A stretch of DNA of 64,000 nt, taken from positions 1 to 64,000 of the forward strand of contig JABLTI010000015.1 in the NCBI GenBank assembly GCA_013166835.1. The letters run 5' to 3'. This document shows, in pieces, positions 21,001 through 28,496 of the stretch (positions are counted from its first letter, which is position 1; each line of letters begins with the position of its first letter). The notes below the pieces were generated by a model. It was not told where the DNA came from. It worked only from the letters and a program-made list of their open reading frames with translations, and made no database searches. The stretch is from Promethearchaeati archaeon (GTDB lineage: Archaea > Asgardarchaeota > Heimdallarchaeia > JABLTI01). Position numbers and translations under genes: made by a program.

Positions 21001-21147
21001 TTCATCATCAGTTGGAGCACTTACTGCGAATAGTTGTTTTTCTAGGATTTGCATTTTATTTTCAAAAATTTCAGAATCAATTTCCTCAAGAGCGTATTGC
21101 TTTTCAATTTCCATTATCTCTTTAAGGATATCAATTCTAGTTCGCAT
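18082..21147 (-). CDS. large hypothetical protein: coiled coil, acidic linker with polyproline, three PRC-barrel-like repeats
   Basis: N-terminal heptad-like region; PPPPPPQQTLPPPPPPPE; three C-terminal repeats. Confidence 0.8.
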   Translation of the reverse strand: MRTRIDILKEIMEIEKQYALEEIDSEIFENKMQILEKQLFAVSAPTDDELKDAINAREIPLSANSLVGKISIEDLLPTFNVPRTFFRHLKIRREIQELARNIRNLNHNMQKLNILIAEKKVNPDTANIKIETLEFDLRLAQNRFGAREKYLKRNPSKGELVKFTLENYLKFSYGHGVETEAELKQLSRELTHEIEIRKEYRKAIAELLATVKTTQLEISTSTARNGLPDFKSLLDFQQSVNELKDYIKILSEDIKDYCNCLNLLQKDILVIDDSHDLFMPEQFGLEIAPEETKELVEKKKAIDSLIETIEFERQIDDPISYFLIDTTDSSLIEEFELVDEEMVQPSDSLIIPETPQPVYEPVVELEIIGMEDFTLPFEINGSKARLNNLTEQIIFQSFEGLLSKLIGEDEVETSTVKSVEVEKETPKTKAQFSSLSSDLKKTVDTSRGSAEDQIDDSGSLSELTKDLTIVSEIEPMAPEELIKIDTDNIEIIPEIKEAQVIEIPSIPTEPDVLPPPPPPQQTLPPPPPPPELSVSDEIISETEPIPEIVQQEAAVEEEIKIPEKEEEQLIKPTKETMVSPKLLEAASEAWKLSGKALFNLLEDTKREFLGYLQEVVVYGNNRLGFILVTETEANQSIIDKIFDQIKPLWITEELTESAEKRKNYVIREVMESLQVQKDVALHITRLQEFANFRNVNFPKGEVRPVPEIIGIIPVDKIRIKRGSIICSPDSILASQPYRTAPWDGQIGTADKSPVGKYCYLSHGVKIGKVIAAVLHPLMGKLLLLDKEEPDNTLIDYLVNRLNITEEKTKEKMWLVKYLIAKQLKIPEGEALKPKTLINYSLNRGFPILPNEILNSFRIFISGGSIDKITKNKVILRNSSRTFRPSEIFPLECLRVRTLSGRHIGTCLGLSLSDHPVILVSEKLSREIVVLFSNATVEKEIMSDISQSVMGTIGVDLKDSLCSHNILKTLIVGRKVQSLADYGKLLSRMNVTGFDLSTIQVVEKGTIFTKTHDAPAQNMFSD

Positions 21148-21340
21148 AGCTGTCCCACAATATTTTATCTACATATAACTTTACTTCATTCTAATTTAAA
21201 AAAGCTAACATATAATAACTGAGCTATTTCTGCATTCTCACTTTAGGACCTTTCAATTTACACAGAAAATTCTTAAATAAGTTTAAGTTTTCTTGATTGC
21301 AGTTTATGTTTGGATAGAGAGCAAATAGGTCAGATAATAA

Positions 21341-22105
21341 ATGACGTTCGTTGAATGGTATCACAACAACCAGAATTGGTTAATGTTAGTATGTATGTTT
21401 ATTACGCTTGCAGTTATTTTGTCTATATTTTATCTTTTAAGTAAAAAAGGGATGGATGTTTTTTACACTCGAAAAGGTGTTCACATAACTGCTGGATGTT
21501 ATATCTTCTTCTGGCTCATGGCATCTGATATTGGTTGGGCTAGATATGTTGCTATGATACCTGCTGCGTTGACTGCTATCGTTTTCTTATTAATTGGTCT
21601 AAAAGTAATTCCTGGTGGATTTATGGTAAGAAGTATGTCTAGAACTGGAGAACCATTTGATCTCATCAAAGGAACCATGATTTATGCTATTGTTATGACT
21701 TTAATTTGTGTTTTTGTTTGGAGAGACACTCCATGGGGATTAATTATTATCATGACCATCGCCTGGGGTGATGGTATTGCCCCTATTGCTGGAAGGTTTT
21801 TTGGAAAACACAAATATAGAACAATTGGCGGTGGAGAGAAGACAGTGGAAGGAAGTATTGCAATGTTCATTTTTTCTGTTGCATTTAGTTACTTTATTGT
21901 CTATCTTTTTGGTATAGTCTTAACAGGACAAAACTGGCTATGGGGAAATCTTGAGTGGCCTTGGTTATGGGGAAAAATACTGATACTTGTAGCAATAGGA
22001 ACAATAGCAGAGGGTTTAAGTCCAACAGATATAGATAATTTGGTAGTACCTATTGTTATGTTCTTAATCTCTGTTGCTTTTGGATTAAGACCAACAGTCT
22101 ACTAA
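21341..22105 (+). CDS. CTP-dependent isoprenoid/diacylglycerol kinase (phytol/dolichol kinase family)
   Basis: RKGVH, WGDGIAPIAG, KTVEGS and DNLVVP motifs; multi-TM. Confidence 0.85.
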   Translation: MTFVEWYHNNQNWLMLVCMFITLAVILSIFYLLSKKGMDVFYTRKGVHITAGCYIFFWLMASDIGWARYVAMIPAALTAIVFLLIGLKVIPGGFMVRSMSRTGEPFDLIKGTMIYAIVMTLICVFVWRDTPWGLIIIMTIAWGDGIAPIAGRFFGKHKYRTIGGGEKTVEGSIAMFIFSVAFSYFIVYLFGIVLTGQNWLWGNLEWPWLWGKILILVAIGTIAEGLSPTDIDNLVVPIVMFLISVAFGLRPTVY

Positions 22106-22117
22106 AAAGAAAGGAAA

Positions 22118-22606
22118 TTATCCTTGAGCATTATCAAGGATAAATAATAATTCTTCTTCAAGAGTTGGTTTGTGTTCTGGATTTTCTAACATTTCACCAA
22201 CAAGTTTACCATTTGAATCAACAATATAGATGGTAGGAATCTTTCGTAAATCAAAATCATTAACTTCGAGTGGGGAAGGAGGAACTCTCCAACGAATATC
22301 AGGATCTTTGGGGGCAGTTTTTATTCCCTTATAGAAGACACCATTTATGCCTGGTTTTAATTTAATCATTTTTGCGAAAGCAGCAACATTTGTTTTACAG
22401 TCTCTGCACCAATCAGCACAAAAAACGACAAATAAGTACCCCTTTGCTTTCTCCTCTAATTCTGATAATACATCCATTTTTGGTTCATATTTCTCGAAAT
22501 TTTCCCTAAGAATTTCTCCATCAGTTCCTTTGAGATTCTTGATCATCTCATCTACCTGCATACCTGCTTTTTCTAAATGTTTAACATCATGAATTTCTTT
22601 AACCAT
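22118..22606 (-). CDS. thioredoxin-family protein
   Basis: ADWCRDC and IPT motifs; start MVKEI at 22606 preferred over the longer ORF. Confidence 0.8.
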   Translation of the reverse strand: MVKEIHDVKHLEKAGMQVDEMIKNLKGTDGEILRENFEKYEPKMDVLSELEEKAKGYLFVVFCADWCRDCKTNVAAFAKMIKLKPGINGVFYKGIKTAPKDPDIRWRVPPSPLEVNDFDLRKIPTIYIVDSNGKLVGEMLENPEHKPTLEEELLFILDNAQG

Positions 22607-22828
22607 TTGAATCACTTCATTTAATTTGCCATGCAATCTTGGTTTGTTAATTATTAATTCTTTGCTTTTATATTCTAAGATAATAAAATAGTAAATTTTC
22701 ATAATGTAAATTTGTCGGAAATTATTTTTCCGTTTATTCACGGAATTCTTATAAGTCTTTTTCACCAGATATTACTAGAATTGGGATTATTATTTTGATT
22801 CAAGAAAATCAAATGAAGGTAAATAGGA

Positions 22829-23779
22829 ATGTCTAGGAGTACGTATTCTGAAAGTGAAATTGAGAAATTTCTGCGTGAAGTGTTGAGATCAGAACTTGCC
22901 ATAAACGTCTATAAGCAACTAGCAGAAGATGGAGGAAATACTGCACTGGGAATTTCAGAAAACTTGAAAACTAAAGGAAAGAAAGCATCAAAAACTCGAG
23001 TCTATGAAGAAATTTCTTCACTTCAAAAACTGGGTTTAATAAAACGAGTATCAAATAGGCCACCAATTTATACTACAGTTCCTTCCCACGAAAATTTTGA
23101 ACGTTTAGCTAGATTGTTTTTTATGGATACTCGAGAGGAATTAATGAGACGTTGGGCAGTGACTTATCCGTTTCTTTCTGAAGAAATGAGACTTTCTCCT
23201 GCTACTAAAAATATGAAATTAACAACAGGGCCATTAGTTAATTTCAGTCCTTATCCTGTAGTTGATGTTTTCAATCTTACTAACATTGAAGATCTAAGAA
23301 GATATATGCTCCGTGTTTTTGAATCCAGTACAACTTGTGTTTCCCAAGCAATTGTTGATACAAGTTTTGGTTCTGATCAATTCATCTATGCATTCGAAGA
23401 ATTGAATTTTGTTCCCTTAATTAAACAAATGAAAGAGAACTACGAAAGGTTTGGACGAAATACAACTAGAACTCTTACAAGTTATTACACAGATGAAATC
23501 AAAGATATACTGAAAACAGGTAAATTAAGCAAATTACAAAACCAATTTTTCAGTATAATGGACTATGAAATAAGGGAACCAAAAGAAAAACTATCCAGCT
23601 TTATTCTAGGAAAAAATAATCTATTATATCCAATTGGAATTGGAGGAGTGAATTCAAAAACATTTGTTATTATCGAGATTAGGGATCCTAATATCATCGA
23701 AATAGCACAAGATGCTTTTGAATCCGCTTGGGGATCTGCGAAAATTATTTTAGAAATTAAAGATGGCAAAATTCTCTGA
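22829..23779 (+). CDS. TrmB-family transcriptional regulator
   Basis: N-terminal wHTH (SKTRVYEEISSLQKLGLI...RPPIY); C-terminal ...FESAW..A motif. Confidence 0.75.
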   Translation: MSRSTYSESEIEKFLREVLRSELAINVYKQLAEDGGNTALGISENLKTKGKKASKTRVYEEISSLQKLGLIKRVSNRPPIYTTVPSHENFERLARLFFMDTREELMRRWAVTYPFLSEEMRLSPATKNMKLTTGPLVNFSPYPVVDVFNLTNIEDLRRYMLRVFESSTTCVSQAIVDTSFGSDQFIYAFEELNFVPLIKQMKENYERFGRNTTRTLTSYYTDEIKDILKTGKLSKLQNQFFSIMDYEIREPKEKLSSFILGKNNLLYPIGIGGVNSKTFVIIEIRDPNIIEIAQDAFESAWGSAKIILEIKDGKIL

Positions 23780-23922
23780 TTTTAATTAGAATTGAGGGGA
23801 GTTGTTCTCCCCATTTATTGCCGAGGTTTATGTTAGATCCTTCATTAAGGTGGATAAAGAAAATAAAAATTTATGAAGGTTCTACTAAAGAGTGAAAACT
23901 GCAGTATTTAAAACCCACAAAA

Positions 23923-25641
23923 TTAGATTACAATATAGAATTCAGCTAGTAGTCTCTCTTTAGTAGTACTTTCCATTAATTGTTTTAGTTGTCTAGATTT
24001 ATCTCGTTCTTTCTTCATTTCCTGTAATTGCATTTTCGCTTTTTCTCGAACTACTGGATCCTTTGAGTTTAACAATTTTTTGAGTTTAATACGCTCTTTC
24101 CTTTTTGACTCAACTTCATCTGGTTTTTCAGATCTCTTAGATTCGGTTAATAATTGAGTAGAGGCATCTCTGAGAGATTCTTCAAGTTGTTGCTCATCCA
24201 TTGAGTCAATTATACTTTCATAATCTTGTAAAACAATTCTGGTCTTAGGGAATTCTTCTCCTCTTCTTAATCTGCCAAAAGCTTTGCTTTTACTATCACA
24301 GAAGTAATGGAATTGAAAATTAGTTAATTCTTTTGCATTCATTTTCTTGTATTCCATTAACCATTGAACCTCATCAATAGTCAAAGTTACTTCATCAAGT
24401 AAAGTGATTTTTTTCAATTCAGTAGTAAAATAGGAATCTCTAATTTGTAAGGGAATAGGTCTCCCCCATTCCTGCATTTCATCTGTGAGTACTAGCAAGA
24501 ATGCTAAAGGATTATTATCAAATATATAATCTGGTAGTTGATCCTTGAAATTGTGTAGCGCTATTGCTTGAGCCGCTTTAATATATCCCTCAAGTTCATC
24601 TCTGTTTTCTTTAATTTCTTCTGGAGTGCCTAAGCTTTTGAGTAAACTTAATGCTCCAACTACTCCATGATCAAGTTCTACTTCACTTTTAAATTTAAAT
24701 TCAGGATGACCTTTTTCACTGCTTTGGAAATGTTGTACTGGTGGTATTGGTATTGAATCCAAATTAGTTCGTAATCCTAACTTGATCAGTTTTTGAGCTT
24801 CCTTTGATAATCCATCTGTTATGAAATCTAAATACGGTTTTGTATTCTTACTCGAGATATTTATCTCAAAAGGAACAACATCTAAATCCAACATGGGATA
24901 GCATTTGAGTATCTGGTTTAATAAGGAGTAATTAATTGATGTACTCATTTTTTGTAATGGATAACCAATATCATGAATTAATCCCATGACCCACCAAACT
25001 TTTTCTTTGATTAAATCCTTATCAATTTCAACTAAATCTGAAATATGATTAAGTAATGTTCCTCTCCCAAGATCTTGTTCAAGTAAGAAATCACCTAAGA
25101 CTGCTACTCTCAATTGATGCTCAGTATGATCTCGGTAGTATTTACCTGCACTAGTACTATAGAGAAAACTCTCAAGATCTGGCAAGGATTGAATTAAGTA
25201 TAAAATGCCTTCTGAATCAATACCTCTCTCAATTGCTACATCATATAATGCTGAAGAGAGATTTTTCCTTTTTCCTTTTATAAAATCAATATTAATATCA
25301 GGGACTCCTGATTGAGACAGCTCTTTTTGTAATTTGTCTGTAATACTACTGTGAATATTGGAAGTTAAATTAGAAATATAACTACCCAATGAACCTAAAC
25401 CTTCAAGTTTTTTTTGGGCTCCTTCTATATGTTTCTCAGCTTTCTTGAGCGATTCTTCCATATGGACCATATCTGGAAGGTCATGTTTAGCTTTTTCAAT
25501 ATCTTGAGCGATCTCAGGTCGTTTCTCTTCTAAGGCTTTCGAAACAGTTGCGACCAGATTTTTCGCCCATTCACTGAAACTAGAGCTTTCTTTAGTAATC
25601 CTTTGAAGAACCCAATCATCATTGATAATAAATTCAGGCAT
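23923..25641 (-). CDS. HD-domain metal-dependent phosphohydrolase-like protein
   Basis: RDHTEH, IHDIGYP, DHG, ALHN and LTDEMQEWGR motifs. Confidence 0.75.
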   Translation of the reverse strand: MPEFIINDDWVLQRITKESSSFSEWAKNLVATVSKALEEKRPEIAQDIEKAKHDLPDMVHMEESLKKAEKHIEGAQKKLEGLGSLGSYISNLTSNIHSSITDKLQKELSQSGVPDINIDFIKGKRKNLSSALYDVAIERGIDSEGILYLIQSLPDLESFLYSTSAGKYYRDHTEHQLRVAVLGDFLLEQDLGRGTLLNHISDLVEIDKDLIKEKVWWVMGLIHDIGYPLQKMSTSINYSLLNQILKCYPMLDLDVVPFEINISSKNTKPYLDFITDGLSKEAQKLIKLGLRTNLDSIPIPPVQHFQSSEKGHPEFKFKSEVELDHGVVGALSLLKSLGTPEEIKENRDELEGYIKAAQAIALHNFKDQLPDYIFDNNPLAFLLVLTDEMQEWGRPIPLQIRDSYFTTELKKITLLDEVTLTIDEVQWLMEYKKMNAKELTNFQFHYFCDSKSKAFGRLRRGEEFPKTRIVLQDYESIIDSMDEQQLEESLRDASTQLLTESKRSEKPDEVESKRKERIKLKKLLNSKDPVVREKAKMQLQEMKKERDKSRQLKQLMESTTKERLLAEFYIVI

Positions 25642-25751
25642 CTTAAAACACTTAAACAAAATATGAATTACTCAATAAAAACTATTCCTAGTTATTTCTT
25701 AACATCTAAGAAAAAAATCGGAATATAAAAAAAGAAAAAAAGGAAATTAGT

Positions 25752-26051
25752 CTATTTGACTAATTTGTTTAATTCTGTTTGAATTATAAAGTATCCATAA
25801 TATACAAAGCACAAGAGAAAAACTATCATAGCTTCTTGTTCTTTATATTTCACGATTCGATGCCATTCTTCTGTATATTTATATATGTAGTAAATATTAA
25901 CACCGGGTATAAATATAAACCAAATTGTTGGTAGTTCTGCACCCAATTCTGTTAATTCTTTACTTGTTTCATAAAGCCAGTATAACATATAAAGTCCGCA
26001 TGATATGATCATGAAGACGATTGTCATCATTGGATCTCTTTCTTTAACCAT
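25752..26051 (-). CDS. DUF4234-like small membrane protein
   Basis: ERDP...ISCGLYMLYWLY...IIQTELNKL. Confidence 0.75.
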   Translation of the reverse strand: MVKERDPMMTIVFMIISCGLYMLYWLYETSKELTELGAELPTIWFIFIPGVNIYYIYKYTEEWHRIVKYKEQEAMIVFLLCFVYYGYFIIQTELNKLVK

Positions 26052-26097
26052 TTTGTATCAACTACCTTGATATAGTGAAAAATTACAACTCTATTAC

Positions 26098-26118
26098 TTA
26101 TTAAAATTTAGGAACGAG
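26098..26118 (-). promoter_or_regulatory. conserved promoter-like block (TATA-like), duplicated at 26511-26531
   Basis: TTATTAAAATTTAGGAACGAG is identical upstream of both DUF4234 paralogues. Confidence 0.6.
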
Positions 26119-26161
26119 AAAATTCATACAATTATAAAAAAAGAATATATAATTAGCCTTA

Positions 26162-26464
26162 TTAGGCTAATTTGTTTAATTCACTTTGTATTACATAGAT
26201 TCCAATTGGGAAGACGAGCCACATTAATAGAAATGCAATTAATGCACTTGTATCAGATTTTGTTACTTTTTCCCAACCTTCAGAGTACTTGTAGAACCAG
26301 AAAATAGTTCCAACATAAGGTATGAGCCACATCCAAGCAGTTGGAATACCAGCTCCTTTTTCATTCATTTCATTTTTGGTGGATACACACCAGAAGAGCC
26401 ATGAAATACCTAAAGTACATAGACCCCATATAATTACCATTACTGGATTTCTTTCTTTAACCAT
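26162..26464 (-). CDS. DUF4234-like small membrane protein
   Basis: ERNP...CTLGISWLFW...IQSELNKLA; tandem paralogue. Confidence 0.78.
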   Translation of the reverse strand: MVKERNPVMVIIWGLCTLGISWLFWCVSTKNEMNEKGAGIPTAWMWLIPYVGTIFWFYKYSEGWEKVTKSDTSALIAFLLMWLVFPIGIYVIQSELNKLA

Positions 26465-26651
26465 TTTGTATCAACTACCTTGATATTGCAGAAAATAAAC
26501 ATTAACTAGTTTATTAAAATTTAGGAACGAGCATTGAAAATGATAAATGATGAAATTTAACAAAAACTCCATTAGGAAAAGATTGATAAATAATAAATTA
26601 CAAAAATAAAGAATGTTGACGTTATAGTCAATATTAATAGAGGCGAAAAAA

Positions 26652-26846
26652 ATGGCAGGAGAAACAGACAAAATCATAATGATTTTAGTAACATTTTTCT
26701 TGGGTTATTTAGGAATTCATAGATTCATAAAGGGACATTGGCTATCAGGCATTGTTTACTTATGCACTGGTGGATTATTAACTATCGGTGTTTGGATAGA
26801 CCTTATTTGGATTATTATGGATAAGCCATTAATGTGGCAAAGTTAA
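26652..26846 (+). CDS. TM2-domain protein
   Basis: FLGYLGIHRFIKGHWLSGIVYLCTGGLLTIGVWIDL is a canonical TM2 motif. Confidence 0.85.
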   Translation: MAGETDKIIMILVTFFLGYLGIHRFIKGHWLSGIVYLCTGGLLTIGVWIDLIWIIMDKPLMWQS

Positions 26847-27038
26847 TTCAATAACCCAATTTCAATGAAATTATTTTCATTGATCTCTCTTTTTTTTTCT
26901 AAAAATGATCAGAAATTTCTTATGTTATTATTTTTGATAACTATTTGTTTGTTTTGCAATTTCTAAAGAGAAAAAATTATATTTAAAATAACTAATACAA
27001 AATTTGATTATAATTTTGTAATATATAAGGAAATTAAA

Positions 27039-27233
27039 ATGGCAAGTGATAGCAAAATAGTAGATTTTCTCCTAGCCTTCTTTCTTGGCTTTGGAGTCTT
27101 TAGATTCATAAAAGGGTATAAGACATCAGCGATAGTCAAACTAATTTTATGGCTAGTTGGTGTTAGCTTTATCTGGTGGGTAATTGACTGGGTTTTTGTC
27201 TTACTTGACAAAAAACTACTCTGGCCAGAATAA
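27039..27233 (+). CDS. TM2-like protein
   Basis: FLGFGVFRFIKGY...WWVIDW; paralogue of the previous gene. Confidence 0.75.
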   Translation: MASDSKIVDFLLAFFLGFGVFRFIKGYKTSAIVKLILWLVGVSFIWWVIDWVFVLLDKKLLWPE

Positions 27234-27514
27234 AAATCATTGAATTTTTTTCAATGATATTCTTTTTTTTTCCCCTTTTTCTAATGCAAGTAATCGCTGT
27301 GATTTTTTCTGTTGTTATTGTAAATTTAAATTACAATCAGCATTAAATATTAATTATCAAAAGATAAAAGTCATATCAATGAATGATGTAAAAATAAATA
27401 AGAAAAGTATATATTTAAATAAAGTTAATTTCGTTATTGGTTGGTTTTTGAATAGATATATTAAAAGAAGATACTGTTTATTAAAAAATAGGATAACTAT
27501 AAGGAGAAAAAAAA

Positions 27515-27952
27515 ATGTCTCAAAATGTTCAAGGAACAAGATCATATTTCTTGTGGGTATTTCTAGGAATTATTACATTAGGTATATGTTTTATTGTATA
27601 CAATTTGTTGAATTTCTTGGATTTGGATGAGCACCATAACAGATATGCAACAAAAGAAAATGCTCCTTCAACGAATTCACAAGCTTGGTTAATGGTTCTA
27701 CTGTGTATTTTTGTACCAGTAGTAGGAGGATTAATTGCTTTATACATCAAATATTCAAAACTACATGATCACTTAGCAGTATATCAAGGAGCCCCAAATA
27801 TCCCTGATGGTTTGAGTATTGTATTGATAAGCTTGTTATTGTCTTTGTTAAGTGCTGGAATTGTATTCTTCTATTTTGAATGGAAATGGCAACATGTATT
27901 TAATGAGCACAATCGCTGGCATGCTCGCCAAGAAACACAAGGAACAAGATAA
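27515..27952 (+). CDS. DUF4234-like membrane protein
   Basis: RSYFLWVFLGIITLGIC...WQHVFNEH. Confidence 0.7.
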   Translation: MSQNVQGTRSYFLWVFLGIITLGICFIVYNLLNFLDLDEHHNRYATKENAPSTNSQAWLMVLLCIFVPVVGGLIALYIKYSKLHDHLAVYQGAPNIPDGLSIVLISLLLSLLSAGIVFFYFEWKWQHVFNEHNRWHARQETQGTR

Positions 27953-28496
27953 AAAATTTTGAGAAGGAAAAATATCCTTCATTTTTTTTTTAAAAATTTA
28001 GATAGATAATTTAACTTCTAAAAGCAATAAATATTAATACACATGTTCGTTTTATTTAAATGAAATTCCTAATGGAGGATATGATGTGAAAAACTGGAGG
28101 CGATGTTGGGTCTTCGCCTTGGCTAATACTACTTTCTAGTTTTCTTTCCCAAATTATTCTAGATTTTAAGAAAATTCTTTCTTTTGATAATAATGGATCT
28201 ATAAATTATCGAAGAAATCAGAAAATCATTGAATTGAAAACTAATTCTATTCTTTGTTGCATTAGTCAAGCTTTAACTTTTGGTTATCCAGAACCATTAT
28301 CATCTGGAAATTATAATAAGAGAATAACTGGTAAGATAGACTATCATAGAACCAGCAAAAAAGCTTTTAATGTCTTTTGTGCGACAAAACAAAGAAAAAA
28401 GCGAATAATTCAGAATGAAAATCGCTGCAAGTATTTGCTGAGAAGGATAGATGATATCCTTTGCATTACTAAGGAGAAATGGAAGGAGCAAATAAG

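Noticed and set aside
18082-21147. Calling the polyproline protein a formin or WASP/VASP homologue
   Set aside because: No recognisable FH2, WH2 or EVH domain; only the poly-Pro tract is shared
23796-23880. GGGGAG/CTCCCC and CCTTCAT/ATGAAGG hairpins
   Set aside because: They lie between convergent genes and are adequately explained as terminators
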